The translations under genes were made by a program, and so were the position numbers. Below are positions 24,508 to 35,001 of a DNA stretch of 41,200 nucleotides, in pieces. Location of the stretch: positions 1 to 41,200 of the IMG/VR virus record IMGVR_UViG_3300029179_000009; one strand, written 5' to 3'. Numbering within the stretch: the first letter of the stretch is position 1; each line of letters opens with the position of its first letter. Below the pieces are notes generated by a model that saw only the letters and a program-made list of their open reading frames with translations, ran no database searches and was not told the DNA's origin. This DNA is from a virus. Its lineage: Duplodnaviria; Caudoviricetes.

Positions 24508-24606
24508 ATGGTCGAACTTCATTGGGCAACATTGGTTCTAGGCATCGTGGTCTGCTTCATTGTTGGCCTCTGCGCTGGTGCCAATACGAGTGGAGAAGGA
24601 TTCTAA
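24508..24606 (+). CDS. Small single-TM peptide (32 aa)
   Basis: MVELHWATLVLGIVVCFIVGLCAGANTSGEGF; AGGAG RBS within the promoter. Confidence 0.6.
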   Translation: MVELHWATLVLGIVVCFIVGLCAGANTSGEGF

Positions 24607-24610
24607 CTCT

Positions 24611-24660
24611 AAGTTAAATACTCAAGGTCATCTCACAAGGTGGCCTTTATGAATTTAATT
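24611..24660 (+). promoter_or_regulatory. RNase III stem
   Basis: ACTCAAGGTCATCT-loop-AGGTGGCCTTTATGA. Confidence 0.85.
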
Positions 24661-24668
24661 GATTTCTT

Positions 24669-24691
24669 AATAAACCATCACAATAGGAGAC
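24669..24691 (+). promoter_or_regulatory. Phage RNAP class II promoter
   Basis: AATAAACCATCACAATAGGAGAC. Confidence 0.9.
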
Positions 24692-24698
24692 AAACATT

Positions 24699-24855
24699 AT
24701 GACTAATGGTATTCGTAACTTCGTCCGTAACATTAACGCTAAGCGCAAGGTTCGTGACTGGAAGGAAGACCAAGAGTTTCAGGTTAAGAAACGCAAGGGT
24801 GAAGACCGCAAGCGTATTCGCCGTGAGTCCAACGATATGACTTGGGAGAGCTGTG

Positions 24856-24863
<8 letters not shown>
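24699..24863 (+). CDS. Small basic protein, T7 gp1.1-like (54 aa)
   Basis: IRNFVRN...KRKVRD...KKRK...TWE resembles gp1.1 MRNF...RD...RSWE; AGGAG RBS; not in the ORF track. Confidence 0.6.
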
Positions 24864-26747
<1,884 letters not shown>

Positions 26748-26761
26748 CCTTATCTTTTCTT

Positions 26762-26784
26762 AATTAACCATCACAATAGGAGAA
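26762..26784 (+). promoter_or_regulatory. Phage RNAP class II promoter (phi4.3-like)
   Basis: AATTAACCATCACAATAGGAGAA. Confidence 0.9.
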
Positions 26785-26789
26785 ACATT

Positions 26790-26994
26790 ATGAAATCCCT
26801 GACTGCTAAAACTTTAGGTTCGTCCGCTGTGTTCCTGCTGATTACTGCCATCTTCGGATGGTTCGCCAATGTGTGGCAAGTTGTTGGTATGTTCATGGCA
26901 GATGCCCCCAGTAGGCGGCCTGCTAATTGGTAAGGTCGTTGGCATTGGCGTGTTCCCTCTGGGTTCACTACTGGGTCTGTTTGGACTGTTCTAA
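26790..26994 (+). pseudogene. Small two-TM membrane protein gene interrupted by a frameshift at a C5 run (26905-26909)
   Basis: First frame stops at 26933; removing one C gives ...DAPVGGLLIGKVVGIGVFPLGSLLGLFGLF ending at 26994. Confidence 0.6.
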
Positions 26995-27051
26995 GCTCTA
27001 AGTTTCACCACATAGTTCTTATCCCATTACTTTCTATAAGGAGACCATTAT

Positions 27052-27336
27052 ATGTTGATTATCAAGATTGCTCGTTTCGTTATCCGTGCTGCTATCAATT
27101 CCGCTACCAAGTCTGCTGCTAAGGCACACTCCAAGCGTGACGCTCTGTACAAAGAACACGGTGAGCTGAACAAGAAGCATGAAGCCCGTATCAAAGCGGC
27201 CAAAGAGCGTGTCCAGCGTGAACGTGATGCTCAAAGTTTAACTCGTGGTCGTATCTCTAGCAAACGCTTTGAGCTGCTGCAAGAAGCTAAGGCCGCTGAG
27301 TCTGCTGCTGAGAAACTGAAAGCTCTGTCTCTGTAA
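27052..27336 (+). CDS. Ala/Lys-rich helical protein, possibly gp4.3-like
   Basis: 94 aa; AAGGAG RBS; position after gp4 and composition. Confidence 0.7.
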   Translation: MLIIKIARFVIRAAINSATKSAAKAHSKRDALYKEHGELNKKHEARIKAAKERVQRERDAQSLTRGRISSKRFELLQEAKAAESAAEKLKALSL

Positions 27337-27342
27337 TACGTT

Positions 27343-27393
27343 AGGTTGAAACTCAAGGTCATTCCATTAGGAGTGGCCTTTATGATTCACCCT
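27343..27393 (+). promoter_or_regulatory. RNase III stem upstream of SSB
   Basis: ACTCAAGGTCATTCC-loop-GGAGTGGCCTTTATGA. Confidence 0.85.
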
Positions 27394-27424
27394 TGTATGT
27401 TAATTAACCAGAAGGAGACCCTTT

Positions 27425-28129
27425 ATGTCTAACGCAAACCCTAAGAAAATGTATGTGACCCCAGTTGGCGTGGTCGGTCAGTATCCGTACCTGAAGACCC
27501 CTGACTATGGCAATGACGAGTTCCCTAAGCCTCGCGGTGAGTGGAGCTGTAAGTTGCACATTCCGTCTGACAAGGCTCAGAAGATTATCAACATGCTGGA
27601 GAAGACTCTGGAAGCGTACTATGAGAAGTACTGCAACGAGATTTTCCCTAAGCAACAGGCCGAAGCGCGAGCCAAAGGTAAGAAGCCGCCTAAGAAGCAA
27701 GAGATGCGTGACCTGCCATGTTATGAAGATGACAAGGGCAACGTAGTGTTCCAATTCAAAGGCCATGCCTCTTATGAGAAAGATGGTCAGATGAAAGACA
27801 TTACCCTGCGTGTGTACGACTCTCAAGGTAAACGCATTGAGGATGTCCCTCAGATTTCCAATGGCTCAGAAGGCCGTGTGGAGTTCTCTGTGGTTCCTTA
27901 TCACTCTGCGGTTGCCGGTGTAGGCGTTAAGCTGCAACTGTCCAAGTTCATGCTGCTGCAACTGAAAGTCTGGTCTGGTGGTGACAACGATACGTTCGGC
28001 CACGATATGGATGAAGACTATGAGGGCGGCTATGTTGCGCCTAAGCCTGATACCTTCGGTGCTGACCACGATGAAGACTCTGACATGGGTGGTGCAGACG
28101 AAGAAGATAACCGCGAGTACGACTTCTAA
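27425..28129 (+). CDS. gp2.5: Single-stranded DNA-binding protein
   Basis: PYL..PDYGN..F..PRG motif; acidic tail ending in DF. Confidence 0.95.
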   Translation: MSNANPKKMYVTPVGVVGQYPYLKTPDYGNDEFPKPRGEWSCKLHIPSDKAQKIINMLEKTLEAYYEKYCNEIFPKQQAEARAKGKKPPKKQEMRDLPCYEDDKGNVVFQFKGHASYEKDGQMKDITLRVYDSQGKRIEDVPQISNGSEGRVEFSVVPYHSAVAGVGVKLQLSKFMLLQLKVWSGGDNDTFGHDMDEDYEGGYVAPKPDTFGADHDEDSDMGGADEEDNREYDF

Positions 28130-28581
28130 TGGTCGCTAAGCGTTGGTTCAAAAAGGCCGGAGGGGTAACTGCTTATCGCTCTGGTCTGGAAGACAACATC
28201 GCAGCTCAACTGGAAGGCTTAGGTCTTCCGGTTCACTTCGAGTCTCACTTTCTGAACTACACTAAGCCGGAGACGAATCATAAATATACGCCAGACTTTG
28301 TTCTTCCAAATGGAATTATCATTGAGTCTAAGGGACTCTTTGATGTGGAAGACCGAAAGAAGCACCTGTTAATCAAAGAGCAACACCCAGAGTTGGACAT
28401 CCGTTTTGTGTTCTCACGCTCTGCAACCAAGTTGTACAAAGGCGCTAAGTCCACCTATGCTGACTGGTGCATCAAGTACGGCTTCCCGTTCGCAGACAAA
28501 CTGATTCCTAAAGATTGGCTGAAGGAGAAATCCCATGTAATTCCTGAAGGTGTTCTCATTCCGAAAGGAGAGAAATCATGA
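28129..28581 (+). CDS. gp3: Endonuclease I (Holliday junction resolvase)
   Basis: YRSGLED, YTPDFVLPNGIIIESKG and DRKKHLLIKEQHPELDIR. Confidence 0.97.
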   Translation: MVAKRWFKKAGGVTAYRSGLEDNIAAQLEGLGLPVHFESHFLNYTKPETNHKYTPDFVLPNGIIIESKGLFDVEDRKKHLLIKEQHPELDIRFVFSRSATKLYKGAKSTYADWCIKYGFPFADKLIPKDWLKEKSHVIPEGVLIPKGEKS

Positions 28582-29039
28582 GTGTAAAATTTAAACTACG
28601 TCAGCGCACCACTGCGATTGCCATTCACTGTTCAGCCACTAAGCCAACCCAAGATATTGGCGCACGGGAAATCCGTCAGTGGCATGTCCGCGATAACGAG
28701 TGGGCAGACATCGGGTATCACTATGTGATTCGCCGTGATGGTACTATCGAAACGGGTCGTCCTGATGATGTACTCGGTGCTGGTATCAAAGACCATAACG
28801 CTGAGACCCTGCATATCTGCCTTGTTGGGGGTCTGACTGCCGAAGGTAAAGCAGGTAAAGTGTTCAGCGATACGTTCACTGACGCACAGGAAATCTCATT
28901 GTTCCACCTGATTGCTGCAATGGAAGAGAAGTACCCTGATGCTACTGGCAATGTGCTGGGTCATCGTGACTTCCCTCGTGTGGCCAAAGACTGTCCATGT
29001 TTTGATGTTCGCAAATGGCTTGATGAAGTCGTTGCTTAA
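28578..29039 (+). CDS. gp3.5: N-acetylmuramoyl-L-alanine amidase (T7 lysozyme)
   Basis: IHCSAT, DIGYHYVIRRDG, GHRD and KDCPCFD. Confidence 0.97.
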   Translation: MSVKFKLRQRTTAIAIHCSATKPTQDIGAREIRQWHVRDNEWADIGYHYVIRRDGTIETGRPDDVLGAGIKDHNAETLHICLVGGLTAEGKAGKVFSDTFTDAQEISLFHLIAAMEEKYPDATGNVLGHRDFPRVAKDCPCFDVRKWLDEVVA

Positions 29040-29064
29040 TTTTCGTTTGATATAAGGAGAACTT

Positions 29065-29424
29065 ATGACTACCCCAGAGAAGACCCACCCGAAGCACCTG
29101 TCCTTCAATGCTACCTTGTCGTTTGACCTGAAGTCTGTCATCGCTGAGAAGCACCTGACTGACATCCTGAACGATATGCAGGAGATTCGCCAGAAACCTG
29201 AACGTTACTCCCAACTGTCGGTGACTGACCGTGTGTTCTTCGACATCGTGTTGCAGAAGCCAACTCTTGAAGAGAAGGCCGCAGCGTTGATTCAATGGAA
29301 GGTGCGTACTGGTCTGAATGAATTGCTGAAGGAAGAATTTACCGGTGGCTCAGAGGATACCTTCCGTATCACCCCAAGTCCGGTGAAGTTCCGCTTCCAT
29401 GTCAACGATACCAAGAGCGCCTAA
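29065..29424 (+). CDS. gp5.5: T7 gp5.5-like protein (putative H-NS inhibitor)
   Basis: SF...FD...V N-terminal pattern and R.G..E..KE...F.ITP C-terminal pattern; upstream of 5.7. Confidence 0.6.
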   Translation: MTTPEKTHPKHLSFNATLSFDLKSVIAEKHLTDILNDMQEIRQKPERYSQLSVTDRVFFDIVLQKPTLEEKAAALIQWKVRTGLNELLKEEFTGGSEDTFRITPSPVKFRFHVNDTKSA

Positions 29425-29623
29425 AACCGTAGTGTCTGTCGAGGTGGTATCACAAGATGTTATCTTAATCAACAGACACTTTAAAACAACTAAGCGTTTC
29501 TTCGATATGAACCGTGAAGAGGCGCTTCTCGTCTATCAATCTCTCAAGGAGGTATTTCATAATGAATCCGTATCTGAAAGTCCTGAAGCACATCCACAGT
29601 CGTCCTCAATGTTTCCAGAGTGA
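29399..29623 (+). CDS. Hypothetical protein overlapping 5.5 and 5.7
   Basis: 74 aa ORF bridging the gap; weak RBS. Confidence 0.45.
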   Translation: MSTIPRAPKTVVSVEVVSQDVILINRHFKTTKRFFDMNREEALLVYQSLKEVFHNESVSESPEAHPQSSSMFPE

Positions 29624-29783
29624 CTTCGTTCGTGCTAACGCATCCTGTGTAGCTGAGGCGGCATCCCGTGGGCACATCTCGTGTGTCTTTGATGGTGTGA
29701 ATGTTGGCCGCTGGCGCATCACCGATTGGGGCATGACCTATTGCCAAATGCAAGGCACCCTGAAATCTCTGGTTAAGGCATAA
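29562..29783 (+). CDS. gp5.7: T7 gp5.7-like protein
   Basis: YLKVL..I.S.P..FQS.FVR.NAS.VAEAASRGHISC; ATG after AAGGAGG. Confidence 0.92.
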   Translation: MNPYLKVLKHIHSRPQCFQSDFVRANASCVAEAASRGHISCVFDGVNVGRWRITDWGMTYCQMQGTLKSLVKA

Positions 29784-29792
29784 GGAGGACTT

Positions 29793-30107
29793 ATGACAGA
29801 CGTACTGAATGAACCTTGTGAACTCCTGACATCACTCAATGAGTTACGCTGTAACGATGGGGACATTGATATTTACGATATTGATGAATCTGTCTGGGAA
29901 ATCACTGAGGAAGGTGACTGGACGCAAGACCATAAGTATCAGTCGAGCGAATCCATCTTGACCCACATTGAGTCTGGTCGTCACTTCTGCCTCTCCCGTA
30001 ACCGTTCAGGGTCTTACCACACTGACTGGTACTATGGGGAAGCTCATGTGTGTGAAGTCAAACCGGTAACTGAGACTGTGACTATCACTAAGTGGGTGGG
30101 CGTATGA
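29793..30107 (+). CDS. Hypothetical acidic protein
   Basis: 104 aa; AAGGAGG RBS. Confidence 0.75.
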   Translation: MTDVLNEPCELLTSLNELRCNDGDIDIYDIDESVWEITEEGDWTQDHKYQSSESILTHIESGRHFCLSRNRSGSYHTDWYYGEAHVCEVKPVTETVTITKWVGV

Positions 30108-30973
30108 GTTCAAACCATGCGTTAATCCTTGATGGTGACTACCTAGTGTTCCAAGCGTTGTCTGCCGCTGAGGTAGAAACACAATGGTCAGACGATGTTT
30201 GGACATTAGAGACTGACCATAACCGTGCTTGGGATATTCTGACCGGTGCGGTGGCAACCATTCAGGCCAAACGTAAAGCATGGGCCACGAGTAAAATCGT
30301 AATGTGCTTTACCGATAAGACCAACTGGCGTAAAGACGTTCTGGAAACCTATAAGGCCAACCGTAAGGCTACCCGTAAGCCGACTGGTTACTATCAGTTT
30401 GTTGAGCGCGTAATGGCTGTCCCTGAGTGGAATAGTTTCCTGCGTCCTACCCTTGAGGGTGATGACTGCATGGGTATCATTGCGACTGCACCGGCTATCG
30501 TTGGCTGTAAGACTGCAACCATTGCGTCACCTGATAAGGACTTCAAGACTATCCCTTGTGAGTTCTTCCATATGACCACTGGTGAAGTCAAGACGTTTAG
30601 TCCTGAGGAAGCCGAATGGTGGCACATGTATCAGACCCTATCTGGGGACACCACTGATGGTTACTCTGGGGTCAAAGGTATTGGCGGTGATACTGCTGCT
30701 GACTTCCTGAACGCTCCATTCATCTGGGAACAGTACGAACATGAGTTCAAGTCTGGCGCACGTAAGGGCACCACTGAGTCCCGCTGGCGTAAGGCTGAGC
30801 TACCCCAAGGCTACACAATCTGGGATGCTATGGTCACTCTTGCAGCGAAGGCTGGGATGACTGAAGAAGAACTCTTAGTGCAGGCACAGGTTGCCCGTAT
30901 CTGTCACGCTTCTGACTTTGACTTTAAGACCAAGGAGGTTATCTTATGGAAACCAAACCAATCAAGCCTGTAA
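30104..30973 (+). CDS. gp6: 5'-3' exonuclease
   Basis: LDGDYLVF, YKANRK, LEGDDCMGI, DKDFKTIP and GDTTDGYSG. Confidence 0.97.
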   Translation: MSSNHALILDGDYLVFQALSAAEVETQWSDDVWTLETDHNRAWDILTGAVATIQAKRKAWATSKIVMCFTDKTNWRKDVLETYKANRKATRKPTGYYQFVERVMAVPEWNSFLRPTLEGDDCMGIIATAPAIVGCKTATIASPDKDFKTIPCEFFHMTTGEVKTFSPEEAEWWHMYQTLSGDTTDGYSGVKGIGGDTAADFLNAPFIWEQYEHEFKSGARKGTTESRWRKAELPQGYTIWDAMVTLAAKAGMTEEELLVQAQVARICHASDFDFKTKEVILWKPNQSSL

Positions 30974-31236
30974 AGGTCTGTGTCGATTGTGTCTTCACTC
31001 GTTTTCCTAATGGTGAATCCATCACAGGCTATGAGTGTACCGCTGTCGAGCCACACATTGACCGAGTGTCAGGACGTGCCACGTTTCGTAACTGTGTGAC
31101 TGTCCGTAAGGACGAGACCCTGTGTGGCCAGAGCGGTAAGTGGTATCAGGAACGTCCGGTTAAACCTACGATGACCAATAAGATTATCGCTATGTTTAAA
31201 TCCGTAAAGAATGGCTTCCGTGAGTATTCTCACTGA
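30946..31236 (+). CDS. Hypothetical Cys-rich (putative Zn-binding) protein
   Basis: CVDC..C..C...R...LCG..G.W; AAGGAGG RBS. Confidence 0.7.
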   Translation: METKPIKPVKVCVDCVFTRFPNGESITGYECTAVEPHIDRVSGRATFRNCVTVRKDETLCGQSGKWYQERPVKPTMTNKIIAMFKSVKNGFREYSH

Positions 31237-31248
31237 GTCATAAGTTTT

Positions 31249-31298
31249 AGTTATATCTTCAAGGTCATCTTCGATAGGTGACCTTTATAGGTGTAATT
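31249..31298 (+). promoter_or_regulatory. RNase III-like stem before the late region
   Basis: AAGGTCATCT-loop-AGGTGACCTT with extended flanking pairing. Confidence 0.7.
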
Positions 31299-31320
31299 GT
31301 GAATGTTATGTGACGGAATT

Positions 31321-31343
31321 AATAAACCATCACAATAGGGAGA
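31321..31343 (+). promoter_or_regulatory. Phage RNAP late promoter (phi6.5-like)
   Basis: AATAAACCATCACAATAGGGAGA. Confidence 0.93.
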
Positions 31344-31396
31344 CCCTAAGTCTCTATAACATTAAGTCTATAACTTTAAGATGGAAATTATTTATT

Positions 31397-31681
31397 ATGA
31401 GCAATAACGCTATTGATGAAAATGCTTATAACGTTCCTCACATTTCGTTGCAACTTGCTGAGTTCCTGAAGGAAGAGTTCAGTGCTGACCGTCAGATTGC
31501 TGGTGGCCTGCTGAGTGACTCCAATGTGATTCGCAGTGAGTCCTACCTGTTAGGATTTCTTGCTGGTCTGGGTCTGGCACGTCAGTCGATTGATGTAATG
31601 CTGATTAACCAAGCCGCTAAGGCCGAAGAGATTAACCTTATGGCTGAGATGAACAGTGAGGAAGGTCTTAACTTCGTCTAA
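31397..31681 (+). CDS. gp6.5: T7 gp6.5-like protein
   Basis: VP.I....AEFL..EF and SESY.LGFLAGL..A motifs; synteny. Confidence 0.75.
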   Translation: MSNNAIDENAYNVPHISLQLAEFLKEEFSADRQIAGGLLSDSNVIRSESYLLGFLAGLGLARQSIDVMLINQAAKAEEINLMAEMNSEEGLNFV

Positions 31682-31707
31682 TCACAACAACCTAAGGAGG
31701 TGTTCCT

Positions 31708-31950
31708 ATGTGCTTCTCTGCACCAAAGATTACCGTTCCTGATACGCCGACCCCTGCCCCATTGCCGCCTCCTATTGAGGACGCTAAGAAGGTGGAGAGT
31801 GTGGACTTTGGAGGTTCCGCGAAGACTGACACTGAGGATGCCACTGGTATCAAAGGTGAGAAAGCTAAGGGGAAAGCAAGCCTGAAGATTAACAAGAATC
31901 AGGTCAATCCAAAGATGAAGGTCGGTGCCAATAATGGCTCTCGTAAATAA
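31708..31950 (+). CDS. gp6.7: Virion protein gp6.7-like
   Basis: MCFSAPKI.VP, V..VDFGG and GK.SLKI. Confidence 0.85.
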   Translation: MCFSAPKITVPDTPTPAPLPPPIEDAKKVESVDFGGSAKTDTEDATGIKGEKAKGKASLKINKNQVNPKMKVGANNGSRK

Positions 31951-31975
31951 CTGATAACCTAAGGAGGTATACACA

Positions 31976-32269
31976 ATGGGATTCCTGAAGAAAGTCCTGA
32001 AGAAAATCACTGGTGTGGACTCTGCTGAGCGTAAGGCCCGTGAGGCTGAAGAACGTGCTCGCAAAGAGGCAGAACAACGTGCTCGTGAGGCTGCTGAACT
32101 TGAAGCTGCTCAACGTTCCGCTATGTCCAACTCTGCGTTAGCCGGTGAGGGTGAATCAAATACTGAGGCCGAGAAGGCTGAAACCGAATCGGACAAGAAG
32201 AAGAAACTCAAAGGTGGTCGTAAAGGACTAACCGTGTCCCGTGCTGGTGGCTCAGGCATCAACATTTAA
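31976..32269 (+). CDS. gp7.3: Tail assembly protein gp7.3-like
   Basis: MG...KKV.KK N-terminus; GGRKGLTVSRAGGSGINI C-terminus. Confidence 0.88.
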   Translation: MGFLKKVLKKITGVDSAERKAREAEERARKEAEQRAREAAELEAAQRSAMSNSALAGEGESNTEAEKAETESDKKKKLKGGRKGLTVSRAGGSGINI

Positions 32270-32280
32270 GGAGGTGCTGA

Positions 32281-33885
32281 ATGGCTGAGATTAAGAAAGA
32301 AGGTCTGGCCGAGGAAGGTGCTAAGGCTGTTTACGAACGTTTGAAGAATGACCGAAACGACTACATCGTGCGAGCTGAGAGTTGCGCTAAGTATACCATC
32401 CCTGCGTTGTTCCCTAAGGACTCCGATAATGGTGGCACTAATTACGAGACTCCGTGGCAGGCTGTGGGTGCCAAATGTGTGAACAATCTGTCGTCCAAGT
32501 TGATGTTAGCTTTGTTCCCTGTAGGCGCACCATTCTTCAAACTGAACGTCTCTGAAATGGAAGTCAAGCAAGTTTCTGATGACCCGTCAGCCATTCAGCA
32601 AATCACCCAAGGTTTGTCAATGGTTGAACGTATTGTCCTAAACTTCATGGATGGCAATTCGTATCGCCCAGCGTTGTTCGACTTGACCCGCCAACTGGTT
32701 ATCTCCGGTAATGGTCTGGTCTATCTGCCTCGCTCGGATGAACTCCCTGATGGCTCACTGGCCTCACCTAAGGTCTACCACTTACCTAACTATGTGGTGG
32801 AACGTGATGGCTACGATAACGTGCTTCAGATTGTTACCCTCGACATGATTGCCTTTGCGGCTCTCCCTGAAGACCTACGCGCACAAGCTGAGTCCCAAGG
32901 TGAGATGCAGCCTAATGAGGAAGTCGAAGTGTACACCCACGTTTACCGTGATGCGGAAACCAACAAGTTCATGACCTATCAGGAGATTGAAGGTGAAATC
33001 GTTGCGGGTACTGAAGGTGAATATGAGTTCGATGAATGCCCGTGGATTCCTGTACGTTTGATTAAGATGTCAGGCGAAGATTACGGTCGTTCCTTTGTGG
33101 AAGAATACTTGGGTGACTTTAAGTCCCTTGAGAATCTCTATGAAGCAATGATTAAGATGTCCATGATTGCCGCTAAGGTTCTATTCTTTGTGAACCCTAA
33201 TGGTGTGACCCAGATTCGCCGATTGGCTAAAGCTAATACCGGTGACTTTGTGGCTGGCCGTAAGCAGGACGTTGAGGTGTTCCAGTTGGAGAAGGGAGGT
33301 GACTTCCAGATTGCCAAGGCTGTGGCCCAAGACATTGAGATGCGACTCTCTCGTGCCTTCCTGTTGAACTCTAGTGTGCAACGTCAAGGTGAACGAGTGA
33401 CTGCCGAAGAGATTCGCTATGTGGCTGGTGAGCTTGAGGATACTCTGGGTGGTGTGTACTCCATCCTGTCCCAAGAGCTGCAACTGCCGATGGTGCGTAT
33501 CCTGCTGAAGAACTTGGAGGCTACCTCTAAGATTCCTAACCTGCCGCAAGAAGCTGTTGAACCTGCCGTAGCGACTGGTCTTGAAGCATTAGGCCGTGGT
33601 CATGACCTTGAGAAACTCCGATTGTTCCTTGAGATTGTCACCCCACTGTCCCAGATGCAAGACCCTGACATTGATGTGGCTGACCTTAAGATGCGCGTTG
33701 CGAATGCCCTTGGTATTGATACTCAAGGTCTGCTGCTCACTGAAGACCAGAAACAACAGAAGATGGCTGAACAGGCCCAACAACAGGCGATGATGTCTGG
33801 TGGTGCCTCTGCGGGTGCTGCTGCTGGTCAGATGGGTGCCGAAGCGGGTATGCAAATGGCACAACAACAAGGCATGATGGGCTAG
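32281..33885 (+). CDS. gp8: Portal (head-tail connector)
   Basis: GLAEEGAKAVYERLKNDR and ERVTAEEIRYVA; 534 aa. Confidence 0.97.
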   Translation: MAEIKKEGLAEEGAKAVYERLKNDRNDYIVRAESCAKYTIPALFPKDSDNGGTNYETPWQAVGAKCVNNLSSKLMLALFPVGAPFFKLNVSEMEVKQVSDDPSAIQQITQGLSMVERIVLNFMDGNSYRPALFDLTRQLVISGNGLVYLPRSDELPDGSLASPKVYHLPNYVVERDGYDNVLQIVTLDMIAFAALPEDLRAQAESQGEMQPNEEVEVYTHVYRDAETNKFMTYQEIEGEIVAGTEGEYEFDECPWIPVRLIKMSGEDYGRSFVEEYLGDFKSLENLYEAMIKMSMIAAKVLFFVNPNGVTQIRRLAKANTGDFVAGRKQDVEVFQLEKGGDFQIAKAVAQDIEMRLSRAFLLNSSVQRQGERVTAEEIRYVAGELEDTLGGVYSILSQELQLPMVRILLKNLEATSKIPNLPQEAVEPAVATGLEALGRGHDLEKLRLFLEIVTPLSQMQDPDIDVADLKMRVANALGIDTQGLLLTEDQKQQKMAEQAQQQAMMSGGASAGAAAGQMGAEAGMQMAQQQGMMG

Positions 33886-33889
33886 TCTG

Positions 33890-33912
33890 AATAAACCATC
33901 ACAATAGGGAGA
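33890..33912 (+). promoter_or_regulatory. Phage RNAP late promoter (phi9-like)
   Basis: AATAAACCATCACAATAGGGAGA plus 5' hairpin. Confidence 0.93.
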
Positions 33913-33965
33913 CAGAATACATTGTTTCCCTACTTTCTAACATTTTGTTTAAAGGAGAATTATTT

Positions 33966-34898
33966 ATGCCATATTCACATTTGTCCAACGCTGTGATTAG
34001 CGATTCGACTATCTCTGAGCACGACATTGCGATGGTTCAGAAAGATGTAGCCGTCCGTATTGGCGATGATGCTGTACAGGTTCACTTCGATGACGCCCCT
34101 GAAGAGAACAGCGGTGAAGATGAAGGTCGCACTGAGATTACGCTGGACACTGAGACCCATGAGGTTGCCGGTGAAGATGAAGGCGGTGATGGTGCTGAAG
34201 GTGTCGAAGGCTCTGATGAAGGTACTGACGAACTGGAACAAGGTGATGGTTCAGACGACTTATCCTTTGCTGATGTAGACCCTAAGGCCATGATTGATGC
34301 TGCGCAGTCCCTGCAAGACGCACAGAAAGGCCAAGATGAACTGTTCGCCCAAGCGGTGGAGAAAGGTCTGGAACAAGAACAGATTGACTCCATGCAAGAG
34401 TATTACCTTGACCACGGACGACTCTCCAAGGCTCACTATGCTGCTCTGGAAAGCGTAGGGTACACCAAGGCATTCATTGATTCCTACATTCAGGGTCAAG
34501 ATGCTGTGGCGACCCGCTTTGCCAACGCTGTGATGGACTATGTGGGTGGCGAAGAGAACTACCACAAGGTGACTGCCTTTATGGCGAAACACCAGAGTCA
34601 CACCGTGGATGCGTTTAACGCTGCGATTGAGCGTGGTGATACCGCTACGATGCGAGCTTTGCTGGATGCTACTAAGACGGCAATGGGTTCGACCCCTGCT
34701 GCAAAGCCTCAAAGTAAAGCCCCTAAGCGTAACGTAACGGCTTCCGCTAAGTCCCGACCTGTTAAGGCTGCACCTGCTGCTGTCACTGGGTTTACCAATC
34801 GTGCTGAAATGGTTAAAGCCATGAGCGACCCTCGTTATGGTACAGACGCTGCATATCGCCGTGAAGTGGAACTGAAGGTGTTTAACGCTTCGTTCTAA
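33966..34898 (+). CDS. gp9: Capsid scaffolding protein
   Basis: Acidic N-half; EMVKAMSDPRY..DAAYRREVE; ATG after AAGGAG. Confidence 0.93.
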   Translation: MPYSHLSNAVISDSTISEHDIAMVQKDVAVRIGDDAVQVHFDDAPEENSGEDEGRTEITLDTETHEVAGEDEGGDGAEGVEGSDEGTDELEQGDGSDDLSFADVDPKAMIDAAQSLQDAQKGQDELFAQAVEKGLEQEQIDSMQEYYLDHGRLSKAHYAALESVGYTKAFIDSYIQGQDAVATRFANAVMDYVGGEENYHKVTAFMAKHQSHTVDAFNAAIERGDTATMRALLDATKTAMGSTPAAKPQSKAPKRNVTASAKSRPVKAAPAAVTGFTNRAEMVKAMSDPRYGTDAAYRREVELKVFNASF

Positions 34899-34926
34899 CC
34901 AAGTGTTGCAACTCTGTGACAAACTG

Positions 34927-34949
34927 AATAAACCATCACAATAGGGAGA
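34927..34949 (+). promoter_or_regulatory. Phage RNAP late promoter (phi10-like)
   Basis: AATAAACCATCACAATAGGGAGA plus 5' hairpin and AT-rich enhancer before GAAGGAGA. Confidence 0.95.
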
Positions 34950-35001
34950 CAGAATACATTGTTTCCCTACTTTAATATTAATTTGATAGAAGGAGAACTA
35001 T

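Noticed and set aside
27401-27420. TAATTAACCAGAAGGAGACC as a phi2.5-like promoter (also TAATTAACCGG at 8629)
   Set aside because: Only the upstream half matches; the TCACAATA core is missing, so at most a relic
29380-29783. T7-style 5.5-5.7 frameshift fusion
   Set aside because: The two genes are about 140 bp apart with an intervening ORF, and no convincing slip site was seen
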